DNA from: Callorhinchus milii
Taxonomy: Eukaryota
Assembly (NCBI RefSeq): GCF_018977255.1
Contig: NW_024704743.1
Coordinates: 54,872,001-54,936,000, forward strand
Reading direction: 5' to 3'
DNA length: 64,000 bases
The notes under the pieces are model-generated. The model did not search any database. It saw nothing but the letters and a program-made list of their open reading frames with translations, and was not told the origin of the DNA. The position numbers were made by a program, and so were the translations under genes. This document shows positions 37,426-51,549 of the stretch, in pieces (the first letter of the stretch is position 1; every line of letters starts with the position of its first letter).

Positions 37426-39569
37426 TGCCCCCAAAACTGCCACAGCTGAGGAAAGTAAACTCAGCACAGCTGGAGATGAAATCTGAAGCATTCCCTTCTT
37501 GCCAGGATTGGCCTTGGTTCTTTAGCTCTTCAAGGTAGAAAAGCATGCCATGCATCTTCTGGGATCACATGTGAAGAATGACCGCTCAAGTGATGTGCAA
37601 GCCTGAGCTGATGCCTTCAGCGCCTTGGGACGTCCTCCTGACGTGAAAGGCGCTTTATAAATGGAATCTTGTTGTTGTTGTTGTTGTTCAGGAGAAGAGG
37701 AGGGCATAAAATTGCCCAATAAAAGTTAATAACAGCACATGGCATTGGCTGTACCATGTATAGTGGATCATGGTACTGACCATTGAATGTCTATCTATGA
37801 AGGGATGATAATATGGGTGATGTTTACCTCTCGTGAGCAGCCATCACAGTAATAATAATAATCCTTGCATTTGATATAGCGCTTTTCACATCTTCTAGAT
37901 GTCTCAAAGCGCTTCACAGAATATGCTGTAAAGTGACAGTAAACATGAATATCATATGTTTCTCCAAAAACAATCGCATTGAACCATTCGGGTAAACTAA
38001 CAACAATGACCCTGGAAAAATATGCAAATGCACATGAAACCTCATATTTGTGGTCTGTATTCACAACCGGCCCATTTAATAAAAACAGCAGGTTTAATCG
38101 CTCTCGTAAAGTTACTATTGTTTTTGTTCCTGTCTGTTTGTGATCTAGAATCAGATATTTCAAGACATGACTCTGCCAGGAGTGAGCCCAGTGGAACATG
38201 CTGCTCTGTACGTTGCCATGATCGAGATGCTTGCCAGACTGGAGAGCCTTGGGCCTGCAGGGTTATGGGAAGATCGTGGTTACTGCAACAGACAGGTTCA
38301 GTTTTCAGTGGAGATTGTTGTTTGGCTGTTAAATGTCCATCACTCTGAAGAGCTGCCCTTATACACTTTTGTTGATTTTGTAGCTCAGATTGTCTTCTGT
38401 AAAAGACTCCACAGGCCCATCAGCCCATCCTCACCAGGCTCCACTGGTTCCCTGCTCCCGAGTGTTCTAACCTTCAAATGCCCCCTTGGCCTTGCCCCAT
38501 CTTAACTCTGTGATCTTCTGCAGTCTTTCATCCTAGCCATCCCCTCTCTCTTACGCCACACCACCGGGGAGGAGGGGTGCAAATGTTGCCCGCACTTCCT
38601 GTACCTCTCTCTCCATGTATCTCTCCATCTTGACTCATGCCCTCTCTGTTTTAAAAACATTTCTACAAACCTCTGACCAGCCCTCATCTGCTTGTCTCCC
38701 CACTACATCTTTAAATGGTTTTGAGACATTCCACTATGTGAAAGCTTGCTACATAAGTGCAAGTCATTGCTGTTGCAAAGGGGGAAGGAGATATTTCTTA
38801 ATAATCAGTGAGTACTGATTTGGTGAACTGCCTGAGGGGTTGCTGGTACTGACAGTGTGATGAAGCTGCCCTGAGCGACTATGAAGAAACTTGAGATGAG
38901 GATTGCATTTCTGCTGCCTTTCATTCAACTTTCTTGCACCCTTGGTTGAAAGCTCTCTCTATTGAAGCCCCATTTGCCACTCAGCTGATCAGCGTTGCCT
39001 GCAACCTGTGTTAGGGTCAAGCCACTGGATGAGCGGTGCTGCAAACACAGGATTATCCCTCAAGTGACAGTTTCAAAACTTGTTTTGTTAAAAGGAAGAA
39101 TACTGTAAAAGTGAGAACCCTTTGTAACGCTATATCACATTGAAATATATCAAAGCGCTTCATTAGTAATTATTGTCTCGTTGTGGCTTTTTTTGCACAC
39201 AGATGTGGTGCCCATCTTGCATGCAGGAGGAAGTCATGAGTAGAATTACCCACAAAAATAAAATAATTAGTTCAGTGCAATTATTAATAATGTGAGTGCT
39301 CTTTCGGTCTTAGCTTGGACTGTTTTATCACAAAAACAAAACATATTTTGCAATCCCTATGCTCAGGTTCTGGCTGTCCTGGAGTGGGACCTCTCAACCA
39401 TTGGACACCTCATGACAAATTTGGCCTACATCTGCTTGCCTTTCTATTGGCCCAAGGTAGTCCCCTTTATTGGACAGAACAGCAATTCAAATATTCAGGG
39501 GGTTGAGTTGTTAATGTTGTGGTTCTCCTGGCACTGGCTTGCCGAATGCTGGCTGAGTGATGAAAGAAT

Positions 39570-39925
39570 ATTATTATTATCTCAAATCGCTTCACAGATG
39601 TTTCTGTAAGGTGCAGTGATTGTTTATTTGTAGCTGAATTCAGCAGAAGATTTAAGCACAGCAATATCCCACAAACACCATGAAGTGAATGACCAATTGT
39701 TTTAAAAATCTGAGGTCTTGATAGCCAGGGTATTGGGAGAGACTCCCTTCTCTTTCTCCAATAGTGCCATAGAATCTTTAACATCCTCTTCAACAGGCAG
39801 ACGGGACCTCGGTTTAACATCTCTTCTGAAGCATGTCACCTCGGATAGTGCAGTGCTCCCTTAGCACTGTACTGGAGTGTCCTAGATTGTGAGTTCACAA
39901 TCTTGACATAAGGCTTGACACCACA
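39570..39925 (-). mobile_element. Deu-domain SINE
   Basis: AATAGTGCCATAGAATCTTTAACATCC...CTCGGTTTAACATCTC...GTGCAGTGCTCCCTTAGCACTGTACTGG. Confidence 0.7.
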
Positions 39926-42276
39926 TGGGGTTTAAGTTACGGTCTCGAGGTCTAGAATGACTTATGCTGAATCTTCAATATGGGCTGGGCTAGGGGTGCT
40001 CGCAAACTGTCAGCCATAGTGAAAAACGATGTTAGCCGATCTGTCTGCACCCCTCCTGGAACTGAGAATTCATTATGTAGAGAATAACACGCTCGGCTGG
40101 TATGAAACAGTTGGAGACTATCCTGACTCTACTGTCCTGTCTTTGATGAAGATGACCATGTGCTACTTCTTTCAATCCAAATAAATGAGCTCTCTGATGA
40201 CTCAGAAAGGTTATCCAGAGAGTGATTTTTTTGTTCTGCCGTGTGTGTGACACATGGAAATCCATCGCTATGCTTAAGAATGACAGAGGAAACATAGAAA
40301 ATGGAAGCAGAAGGAGAAGATTCGGCTCATCGCGTCTGTTCCACAAGATCTGGGGAGATTTTTTAATCTCAATGCAATGTTTCATAACAGACAAGGTAGC
40401 AGATTCCTTAGTAATAAAATATGCTATAAAACATTGCATATGTAACCCAATTGACCAACAAAGTGATTTGGGAAAAAAGTCTTCTAGTATAACTTTCTGC
40501 AGAGCACTTGTGTGGCTCTAAAGGAACATTTACTAATGTTTCCCACCATCAACACCCCCTTGTCTTTATTTTCTAGGAATTCAATCTTGTGAAGAATTGC
40601 TCTCTATTTACTGCCGCTATAGAAGGTCTTCTTATCTTACTACCTAACTGGAAATTCTACCTGGGCTTGTCCTCCTTTAAGTTGGCCTCCATAATTCAGG
40701 TAATGTTTCATTTGTACAGTACAGCATTGCTGTGAGTCCACACTGAAGTATTCTTTACTGAATTTACTGCAAATGCGTTGGCAACAATGGAAAACCCTTT
40801 CAATTACAGTTACCCTACTGATGTGATTGTGAGTTGTATTACAACCAGCTGTTACCTGGTCTGTGCTTTGGAGATGGCAGTAAATTTGCTGTGCGAACAT
40901 TTTGTCATAAGGTATTTTCTTCCCCTCCTCTCTGCTGCATTTCTGCTTAAGGGAATAGACAGCAAAGTGGGAGGACATTCGGCCCAGCTCATTGCGTGCT
41001 CCTCCAGTTTAATCCCTGCCTCTTTCCCATACACTTTTATGTTGTTTCTCTTTGAGGAATCTCAAGGGATCCAATTGGGAGTCTCTTCCTGGTAACAAAT
41101 GATGTAACACTGCCCTGTGGGAATGCAGATTCTGAAGGTGGGCGAGACGTAAATCCTCAGTGAAGCAATACTGTAAAACAGCTGCATTAGGCCCCATTGC
41201 TTCATCAGGGCTTGTGGCCTGTTGGGAGATTGCTCTTGCATGAGGTAGTATTCTGTTTGGAGGAATATTGATACTTTAAGGTCCTCCATGGAGTGTATGC
41301 TTGATCCATACTTGGAAATGCCAGTGCTGACAATGCACACAAGTACAAGAACAGTGTGAAGCCTCTGGCACGGACTGGATTGCTGCTATCCAAAGGGTAA
41401 AAGTGTTACCCCTCTCTCCCTTTCACATTAAGAGAATCTTTATCCTACCAGATTATGCTCAAAAATTCATAGAACCCAGGAGGTAAGGGAAAAATTCTCG
41501 TGCACAAAAGGAAGTTTCCAGTTCTCCTATTTTATTTTTATTAGAAAATTATTTTTCTCTCCTTCCCCGTGTTGTGGACCATTCCTTGGCTGGATGACAC
41601 CTATTGATGATCCTGAGGCTTTACCAATGCTATTCAAAACCTGGCCACAAGGGGGCCTGTGAGACAGCTGTTTCGGTGACAGAGTCCCATAATTCTTTTC
41701 CTCCTCCTTGCAGAGGAAGCTCCTGTTCTCCCCATAATCGCTCTGCCCAGTGATGCCAGGTAGTAATCCAATGCAATCTCAACGAGTGATCAGCCTGTCA
41801 GCTTGTCCTGGCTAACTAGTCCTATAAATAAAATTGGTCGCTCACTTCAATGTGTTGCTGTGTTCGTCTACAAATACACAGTGACTACACTTTACAGTAA
41901 TTCCTGTGAATTGCTTTGAGACGCTTCGACAATGAATAAGGACAATACCATGTAAAATCCAATGGTTATTTATTATTATGATTATGATTATTATTATGTG
42001 AACAACCTGACTGGATTGCCATCTGATCACTCAGTGCTGTTACTCCACACATAAAGCTTGTTGAGCAGTGTAGGGACTGAGCCTGCAATGTTCAAAGCAA
42101 GTAATGTTCTGTGATGTGTTCACTATTGATTGCACAGTTACCAGAAAGTACTATGAATACCAAGAATCAAGCTTGAGCTGCATTAGCTGACATTACGTGA
42201 CTCAGTTGGGAGTACTTTCATCTTTGGGCAGAAGTTTGTGCTTTGAATAAAACCCACGTCAGGACTTGAGTATATA

Positions 42277-42501
42277 CAAAACGCAAAATACTGCAAATGC
42301 TGGAGATCTGAAACAAAAACAGAAGTTGCAGGGAACGCTCAGCAGCTCAGGCAGCATCTATTTAGAAAAGAAAGGGAGTCAACATTTCGGGTTCACGACC
42401 CAATTCTGATGAAGAGTCATGAACCTGAAACGTTGATTCACTTTCCTTTCTCCATAGATGCTGCCTGACCTGCTGAGTGTTCTCAGCGACTTCCGTTTTT
42501 G
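42277..42501. mobile_element. Second palindromic Penelope-pLTR-like element with hammerhead core, inserted in a Deu-SINE
   Basis: TSD CTTGAGT(A/T)TATA at 42265-42276 and 42502-42513; CTGATGA at 42406, GAAAC at 42427. Confidence 0.75.
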
Positions 42502-43650
42502 CTTGAGTTTATAGTCTGGGCTGATTCCCCAGTGTGGTCCTAGAGGAGCATTGTTATCTCAGTCTCCTGGCCCAAAAATATGTAATTGCTAATTCACCTC
42601 ATGGCTATTTGTGTTTGCCTACGCAAACAGTCACTGCACTCAATAGTAATGTGATACACTTTGAGATGCTGTGAGGAAATCAATGGAACAGTCTCCCAAT
42701 CTTTTTGATTAAAGGAAAGGGGAAAATCTAAAAAGGCACAAAATATTGGAAACATATCAATAAAATAATGTAAACATTATGCTTATAAGCTGCAGAACCC
42801 ATCTATTGGAAGTATCTGGGATCTTTCAAAGGGTTTTGCAGCATTGAGAAAATCCTTTTAATTTGTTTCTTCTAATTTATTTCATGGGACACAGGTTTAA
42901 CACAGTTTTAACACAGACTGTTGATTTATTTTAATAGTTTGTATTGAAGGCCAATCAACGGAAGTAAACTATCACAGCTTTGTTGTAGTAGCGTAACCAC
43001 AGGCTCAAAGGAATGGAAATAATTCATGGTGTGCTTTAGCGTGAAGAAGCAGCATAATAGATTAGACAGTGTGAGGCAAACCTCAAGCCAACAGATTTGA
43101 AGCTTGCTGTCTAGGTGCTTAGCTGAGATTCTGCTGAAAGGTTGTTTGATCCATCACAGTTAACTACAAGGTTATACCATGCTCCTGATCTGCGTGACAG
43201 TGGCCATACGACCCTCCTGGGACTCTGTTCTCTGGTTCACACATTGATATGGTAACAGCAGTTTGAGAAAGAACAGATTGCAATGACCTCTGTCTCCTGA
43301 CCTCCTTTGATCAGTCAGGCAATAATCTGAGAGTTGGTCACTTTGGCAAGTGTAGCGGACCACATTCCTGCAGTCAGCTAGTCCAGAGCCCTATCTATCC
43401 ACACCTGTTCATTTTCAGATGTTTTCTTAAATTAACTAAAAAGCAAAGTCCTAATTGAAATAATATCCAGCCTCAGTGGACCTTGAATTGCTGAAAGCAT
43501 TTCAATCCAGTTAATTTCTGTTCGTTAAATCTAATATTCAAATGTTTACATCTTTTAATATGCAAGCGTACTGAAATCTAATCAACTCTCCAAAATGTTT
43601 TATTTACTTGTTAAATAGGAATGGGTATTATTACATTGTAATGATGTCAT

Positions 43651-43993
43651 CTTAGCTCAGTTGCTCTCACCTCTGAGTTAGAAGATGCGGGTTCAAGCCC
43701 CACATCAGGACTTGAAATCACAAAGTCTAAAATGCATTTCAATTCAGTGCTGGGTGTGTTGCACTATCGGAGGTGCCGTCCTTCAGATGAAATGTTAAAC
43801 CAAGGTGGTGTCTGTCCATTCAGGTGGACATGACACTGCATGAAAAGAGAAGGGAATTGCTCCTGGTGTCCTGGCCAACAATCCCCAAAATAAAATTGGT
43901 CACTCACTTCATGACTGTGTGTAATCAAACTACTATGTTCACCTTTAAAACATACAGTCAATTGAATTCACAGTAAATCATGTGAAGCACTAT
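43651..43993 (+). mobile_element. Deu-domain SINE, best-preserved copy
   Basis: TAGCTCAG...GGGTTCAAGCCC tRNA-like head; TCGGAGGTGCCGTCCTTCAGATGAAATGTTAAACC...GGTGTCCTGGCCAA core. Confidence 0.75.
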
Positions 43994-45599
43994 CCTGCTC
44001 CATTCTCTGGAACTCCATCCCTGAATCCCTCCAACTTACTCCCTTTCTCCCCTCTTTCAAAGTCTGCCTAAAATATACCTGTTTGACAATGTTTTCAGTC
44101 ATCTTTCTCCTCCGCAAACGCTTTAGTTCCCACCCCCCAGCTTTGACATGACATCTCAACATGAAAGGCTCAATAGAAAGGTAAATTGTATTGTATTTAC
44201 GCTGCTATTTTCCTAACAAGTGTATGTTTTACCTCACCATTTAGCTCCCAAGATAGCACAAGCTATGATTTTCATTGAACGTTTTTATCTCCATATATGG
44301 GCAGCAAAAATACAGATGCTAAAGAATTTGCATGTTACAGAAAGCCACATGCTACAGAGCAAATGTTGCCTTGACAACCCAGTGAACATTATGCAGAAAA
44401 AACATGTAGCTCATGCAATGACATAATTGCATTCAAAATTACATCAATCTGGTAAGTCCACAATTTATTTAAACTTTAGGCTTATTTGCATTAAAGACCT
44501 CAAATCATAATGCCCCAGTACTGATGTCGTCTGGATTATTTTATTGGATAGAGTCAGTGAATAAATTGTCTACTCTCTATATGTACAATCAATAATTTGT
44601 ATTTTCCTGTGCCACAACCCATCTGCAACTTTAGCGTCCTGTCAACACGCTGTTCTGTGTGGTATGTAAATTATCCCCAAGTAATCAGTATATCCCAGTA
44701 ATTACTCTTTCTTAGATACCTTTCTCATTCCCCGTTGAAAGCTAATATCTGTGTAACTAAACATTTTCACCATTTGGACCATTCCTAGACGAAAAGACTT
44801 GTTTGTTTGGTGACTCTTTGCTCATCCATAATCGTCAACTTTTCTCTCTCCATTGCAACCTTTCTCAACTTTCTCTATTTTATTAATAACATGCACTATT
44901 CTTCAAAATGTTGCTCCCAAGCTTAAAATACACTCTCATTCTCCTCCTCCACTTTTGGAGTTTTCTCAGTCAACCTGCAACCAACAGGATTTTAATACCC
45001 CAAATTTGTGTTACCTAAAAATAGCTTCTTGGTAACAAGGTCACTTAGGTTTTTCAGTTTGAAACTAAGAGACCATTGTGCAAAGAAAGAACTGAGAGGA
45101 ATGATTTCTAAAGGTCTTGAGATCTTCCTTCAGTTTATGACTACATTGATCTTCCTTTTAATAGTAAATTGGTCATTTCAATCACGACTCTTTGTGGGAC
45201 ACTGCTGTGCACAACTGGCTGCCGCATTTCGCCCACAAGTATACGATCAATTCACTTCACAGTCTATCCTCCCAACGTGAAAGGCGCTATACAAATGTTG
45301 TTGTTGTTGTGGCTGTTGTATTCTGTGAAGCTCTTTGAGACATCTAGAAGACATGAAAAGCACTATATTAAATGGATTATTATTACTATTATTTTCACTG
45401 GTGTGTCTGACTGATTGCAGCTATCCATCTAGTTACCTTTCATTGTCTCTCCTCTAATGTCAAGATGAATTTACTGTAATACAGCGACCAGAATTTCACT
45501 GATTACTCATAGCGGGTTGCACCAGTACAAGTTCATAATGATTTTACATCATGAACCCTAATCTATTTATTCTATATAATCTATCGAAACCCAAGGTGT

Positions 45600-47782
45600 G
45601 CATATCCACTGCTGTGGCGGTGGTGTGACTCTCATCTCCTGGTCCCTCCTTGGCCTTTCCCCTTACTCCTCCGGAACCTTCCCCTCTTTTGAACACCTTA
45701 CCCTCTGCCACCCCTCCAGGCTTTCCCTCAAAATCCTCCTTGTTTACCATCCCCCCAAGCCTTCCCCCACCTTCCTCTCGGACATCTCCACCCTCCTATC
45801 TTCCCTCTCCCTCTACTCTGAACGCTTCCTAATCTTAGGCGATTTCAACCTCCACTTCATCCCCTCCTGCTCCACCTTTGCCGACTTCACCTCCCTCCTC
45901 TCTTCCCTTAACCTCTCCCTCCTCATCCACTCCCCCACCCACGACCGTGGCCATCCCCTTGACCTGGTGATCACCTGGGGCCTGACCGTCTCGGACATCA
46001 CTATCATCAATAAAGCCATCTCGGACCACCACTTCATCTCCCTCAATACCTCCGTACCCCTTCCCCTTTCCTAACCCTCCACCAACACATACCATCCGTG
46101 GAAAAAAAATTCCTCCTTCTCCCTCTCCCTCTCCACTGCCCTGGAATCATCTGAACCCCTACATCTCTAGCCCTCATTGACCGACCTCCCCTCACCCTCT
46201 TTTCTCCACAACTCCCTCTCCTTCATTCTGGACTCCCTTGCCCCCCTCACCTCCCAAACTGCCTCATACTCCCGTAAATCCCCCTGGTACACCAGCCATC
46301 TCCGTTCTCTCAAGGCATAAGTGCGAGCTGCCGAACCCGCCTGGACCAAATCCAAACTAACATCGGCAAATTTGGCTTCACCACAACAAGACCTACTGCT
46401 GCGCTCTTGCCTCTGCCAAATCCTCCTTCTACTCCAAGATTATCTTGGAGGCAAAGGACAACCCCAGGCTTCTCTTTTCCACCACAAACCATCTCCTCCG
46501 TCCACCTTCCCATGCGTCGACCATCCTCTCCTCAAACTCCAACTGTGAGGAGATGCTGGACTTCCTCGAATCTAAAATCGAGGGAATACATCCAGCCACC
46601 TCAGCCCCATCTGCAGCCACCCCAAAGCACCTCTCCCTCATGACCCACCATCCACCCATCCCCCCCTATACTCCTTCGACCCTATCTTTCCCTCCTCCCT
46701 CACCACGACTGTGCGCAAACTCAAACCCACCACCTGCTCCCTCGATCCCATCCCCACCTCTCTCCTCATATCCCAACTCCACCTTCTGACCCCTTTCCTG
46801 CCGACGTCATCAACCTCTCATTGTCCACCGGTTCAATTCCCACCCCAACAATCGTCATCACCCCCATCTTGAAAAAATCTTCTCTGGACCCAGCTACCGA
46901 CCCATCTCTAACCTTCCATTCCTCGCCAAGGTCCTGGAACAAGTCGTTGCGAAACAGCCCTGGTCAAAGTCACTGCCTCTCCTCTTTACTTAATCTTCGC
47001 GGACCTGCCCTTGCCTGGTTCGATTCCTATCTCTCTCACCATCTCCACTTTGTTGGCTCTAACGATTTCTCCTCTAGCCCCCGCACTGCCACGTCTGGCG
47101 TCCCCCAGGGCTCTGTCCTTGGCCCTCTCCTCTTTAATATCTACATGCTCCCCCTTGGTGACATCATCCGCAGACATGAGGTCAACTTCCATATGTATGC
47201 GGATGACACCCAACTCTATCTTTCTGCCTCCACCCTCAACTCCAGGACCACTGCTGTCCTCACAGACTGCCTGTCGGACATCAAGTCCTGGATGAAGGCA
47301 AATTTCCTACAGTTGAATGTGAACAGGACTGAGGCCCTCCTGATTGGCTCCCGCCAGCGCCTCAACACCTCAGGCTCTGGCAGCATCAACCTCCATGGTT
47401 GCACACTTCAACTCACCAAACCAGTCAGGAACCTAAGTGTCTTGTTCGACCCTCAACTATCTTTTCTTCCCCACATCCAAGCCATGACCCGCTCTGCCTT
47501 CGCTCACCTCCGTAACATCGCCCGACTCCACCACTACCTCACCCCTCAGGCCGCTGAAACTCTTGTTCATGCCTCTGGAATTCCATCCCCCAGTCCATCC
47601 ACCTCACCCCCTCCTTAGCCTCCTTCAAGTCCCGCCTCAAGACCCTCCTCTTCAACCATGCCATCGGCCACTCCCCTTCTCCCCCCCTGACCCCAGCTCG
47701 GGTCTGAAATACTGTACATTATCCAGCACCTTGGGATGTCCTCCTGACGTGAAAGGCGCTATATAATTGTAATCTTGTTGTT
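45600..47782 (+). mobile_element. L2 LINE ORF2 (APE endonuclease + RT), degenerate, with internal deletions and 3' tail
   Basis: GGGV, VYHPP, LILGDFNLH, HPLDLVIT, SDHH (APE); [32 protein letters not shown] (RT); tail GACGTGAAAGGCGCTATA...TTGTTG. Confidence 0.93.
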
Positions 47783-48884
47783 TGAGGCAACAATGTAATT
47801 GCAGGTGCGATAGTGCAAATATCTGAATGCTACCTATAGATAATGGGGGCATTCTATCAAATGTTCCTATTAGATTTAGTTGTAAAGAATATGCCACTGG
47901 AAAAGCATGACAATAATAATCGTTGCATTTGATTTAGTGCCTTATTATGTCATCGAAAGGCTTAAAGCACTTCGCAGAAATTATTCTTGAATGCAGAAAC
48001 TGTATATTTTTCAGGCTAACACAGCAGCCAATTTGCATACAGAAATACCCCAACATTCAGTCATGTAATGAATGACCAACTTTATCTGTGAGATTCTTGG
48101 CCAGACTCCAGGATAAACTATCAGCTGAGTCAGACGTATGATGAGCACTGGTGGGTGTCTCAACAACCTTGGTATTGGATATTTAGTGTACGGAGCTGGA
48201 AGTACAGTGGGCGAGTTCATGAATTGCAAATGGAGATGACGGATGACCAGAGATTGAAAGCTTAATTTCACGTGGCAGGTCAGCAGGCTTTCATGGGTGG
48301 CACTATGTCTTACAAGAAAGATCTGTTTGGGGCTCTGGATTCATTGTACCAGCCTGTAGGAAATCCTTCTGACGTCAAAGGCGCTATTCCAAATGTAAAG
48401 ATATTATTATTATTAAAAATACACAGTGACTATACATTGAATTACATCCTGTGAAGTGCTATGAGACTTCCTCCCAAGGTGAAAGGCGCCATGTCAAATG
48501 TAAGGATTGTTATTCCAAGTATTCAAGTAACAAAAGGGGTGTAAATGATTATGGAAATCATCATCTCCTGACTAGAAGGTTAGTCAAGGAGGTAAGGAGA
48601 AGGTCACATGATATCAAGAGGATATCAAGAAGTTATATGATCAAAATTATAATATAAATTACAGTGAGTGTTTCAGGCCTCAAATTGTGGCATATATGCT
48701 GCTGATTAATCGTTCATTGGCAAACATTTCTACATCTTTTATGGTCTGTGAAGGTGATAAGGAAATGCTGGCAGTGTTTGGCCATATTATCGTTACAATT
48801 TTACAATTTCCCCCCATCTCATCCTGTTCAACCTGCTTATCAATGGCTGTGTTGATGCCTTTACGTGCCTTCACCTCCCCTCTC

Positions 48885-49030
48885 GACTCTCTACCCCCTC
48901 CTCGCTCCCTCCCTTCCCTCCCCCTGACCATTTCCCCCCTGCTCGAGTCCCAACCCAACTGTCCAGCGCCTTGGGACGTCCTCCTGACGTGAAAGGCGCT
49001 CTATAAATGCAATCTTGTTGTTGTTGTTGT
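48885..49030 (+). mobile_element. L2 LINE 3' terminus
   Basis: CAGCGCCTTGGGACGTCCTCCTGACGTGAAAGGCGCTCTATAAATGCAATC(TTG)n; also at 37618-37687. Confidence 0.8.
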
Positions 49031-49596
49031 AGCAATGTGCTATACGTGAGGATGAATGTATTGAATTTGGGATAATGCTATAAGGACTTACTGAGCATAT
49101 CCTGCTGCTAACATAAGCTAAAACCATTTGTTTTGCGTGGGTTCTATACAATATATTGCTATGTGTGCTTACATTCTATACCAGCGACTCTGTAAAGGGG
49201 ACAGTCTTCCTGTTTTTATTGCTGCCATTCAGATCTGAACAAGAACAACACAAGCCCCACTTAAGACCAAACCCCAAGGGGCAGTATGACTGAGTGTGAC
49301 CAATATTCTGTCCTCTTTATCAGCAGTGAAATCTCTAAAGGGATTTGACAGATAATATGCCAGCTGTCAGCATTTATCATCTGCAGTAGCCTGTGTGCAT
49401 TTTGTGTTGAAAAGCAACACGTCAGTTGTCAGCTTCTTCTGAGATCCTTCTTGTCTGTGAACAGTAAAAGTAAGCCTTTCCAATATGGAATTAGATACCA
49501 GATCTGTGGTAAGACTTTAGTGATAGATTTTAATACTGTTGTTATACTGTTCAATTTGTGTTGACATCAAGGCAATCTTTAGCATTGCTAAAGCAT

Positions 49597-49865
49597 TGCT
49601 GGTGGGGGGAGGGAGGCTAAAGGCCAGCCTGCCAATGGTGGGGCGGGCGAGGTGGGGAATGTGAAGCAGGCCAGAGCCCGCTGAGCAGAGGGAGCGGACG
49701 GGTTGGTAGGGGGCTAGGAGGTCACAGAGGTAGGGAGGAGCAAGGCCATGGAGGGTTTTGAAGATGAGGATCAGGATCTTGAACTGTATCATCTGAGTGA
49801 TGGGGAGCCAGTAGTCCTAGAGTTGAGTATGGAGGCGGAAAGGTAGAGTTGGGTGTCATCCGCAA
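49597..49865 (-). mobile_element. L2 LINE fragment
   Basis: ORF 49517..49792 IQFKILILIFKTLHGLAPPYLCDLLAPYQPVRSL. Confidence 0.85.
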
Positions 49866-49944
49866 CAGTATTTTATCATTTGATTGTTGGTCTGTGACTG
49901 ATGAACTGAGATTTGGGTATATATTTAGGCACTTGACTCCTCCC

Positions 49945-50305
49945 CCATCCTAGTTTGCTTTCCTCAAGTGAGAGACCTGGGTTCAATTCCGGGCAGGGCG
50001 AAACGTTGGGCAAGTTTCCTTACTCCACACGCCTCTTGTTCACCTAGCAGTAAGTAGCAACCCATTTGTTATCCGATTGGCAGATCACTTTTCCGGGGGT
50101 AATAATTCCATTAAAAAAATACATAATAATAATTTGGTCACTCAATCCACGACTGTTTTTGGGACATTGCTGTGCACCCACTGGCTGCCGTGATTCGCCC
50201 ACAAAATATACACTTTACAGTGTAATTCTGTGAAGCGCTTTGAGATGCCTTGAAGACATGATAAGGCACTGTATCAAATGCAAGGATTATTATTATGATT
50301 ATTAT
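49945..50305 (+). mobile_element. tRNA-derived SINE, long subfamily
   Basis: GAGAGACCTGGGTTCAATTCCGGGCAGGGCGAAAC...(TAT)n. Confidence 0.85.
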
Positions 50306-51549
50306 TTGAGACCAGTCCAGGCAACCAATACATCACCTGTAGCCCTATTCATATTACACCATCAGGGTTGACTTTCTATGCAATTTGGCCTTTTAAGTTA
50401 AAATAGTCTTACAATCTAAAACTAGATGGAATTTTCATCTTCTGAAGTCCTGTGTGCAATTCTGATCACCTAATCAATGGAGGGATAGTTTCTCCTTGAA
50501 AGAATATTCTTATTAAGCAGGATGATTTGGGGCAGCAGGAGTTGAACCAACTAAGAAACAGCATTTCGTGTCAGGTAATATCTCAGAGTGCTTCGAGAGA
50601 TGGCTTAGATGGTGAGCAAGGGAGAGTGGCAGTGAGAGGTGACCATAGGCATCTTCGAAGAGGTAGGATTTGAGTAGGGCGGAAAGAAAAGGTGCAGGAT
50701 GGAATGGTAGAAGGAGGGAGTTGCAGAGGATAGCGGAGTAGAAACTGAAGTTTTGGTCACCGATCATGACGCAGAGCAGGCGAGCAACCCAAAGCAAGGG
50801 AAATTGACTTTTTTCTTTGGTTAAAAAGGAGAGTTTCAGGTGAATTTATTGAAGATTGTGGGAATATGAGGGCATCAACTCACCTGGTGAGCCAGGCAAA
50901 TTGTTCTCTCCAGAAAACCAAGGAACAGAATCAATATTTAAAAAAGTTAGGGAAGTTGAGCAGAATTTTGTTATGTCAAGACAAAGACATAGATATAGAA
51001 ATGGCAGCAGGGAAGAAGGCTATGGTGAGTAGGTGGATATCTAATCAGAACAGGACAGATTTGTTAATGCTTAATGGCTTTTTCTTGTTGCTGAAAATTC
51101 TTCTGCTTCCTTGACTTGAGAGGAGTATGTGTTGACTTTGAGTGAAAAATGTGCAAATGTCATGCTTTTCTCAAGACTGACACATCAATTTTATGATCAC
51201 AACTATTAACTAAAACAACACGTTTAAAAGAAAAAGAAAACTGTGTGACTCTTATTTACTGGTTTTATAAACCAACAATATATCCTGTATAGCAAAGCAA
51301 AATAATTATAAGTGTGTATTTTGTTATAAAAACTGTCTAATATCTTGTACCCCCTTACCTCTCTTATCCCCTTCTACCCCACTTCTCTGCATGCCCCTCT
51401 ATGTAGCTGCATGCACCTGGTGCTCCTCTGTGCCACCAGTGGGACTGAGCCTTCATTTTCTTTGGCTCAAATCTCTAGAACTTCCTTCCTCTACCACTCT
51501 ATCTCATCCTCGCTCTTCTGTCTTTATGTCCCGCAACAAATCTTAGCTT

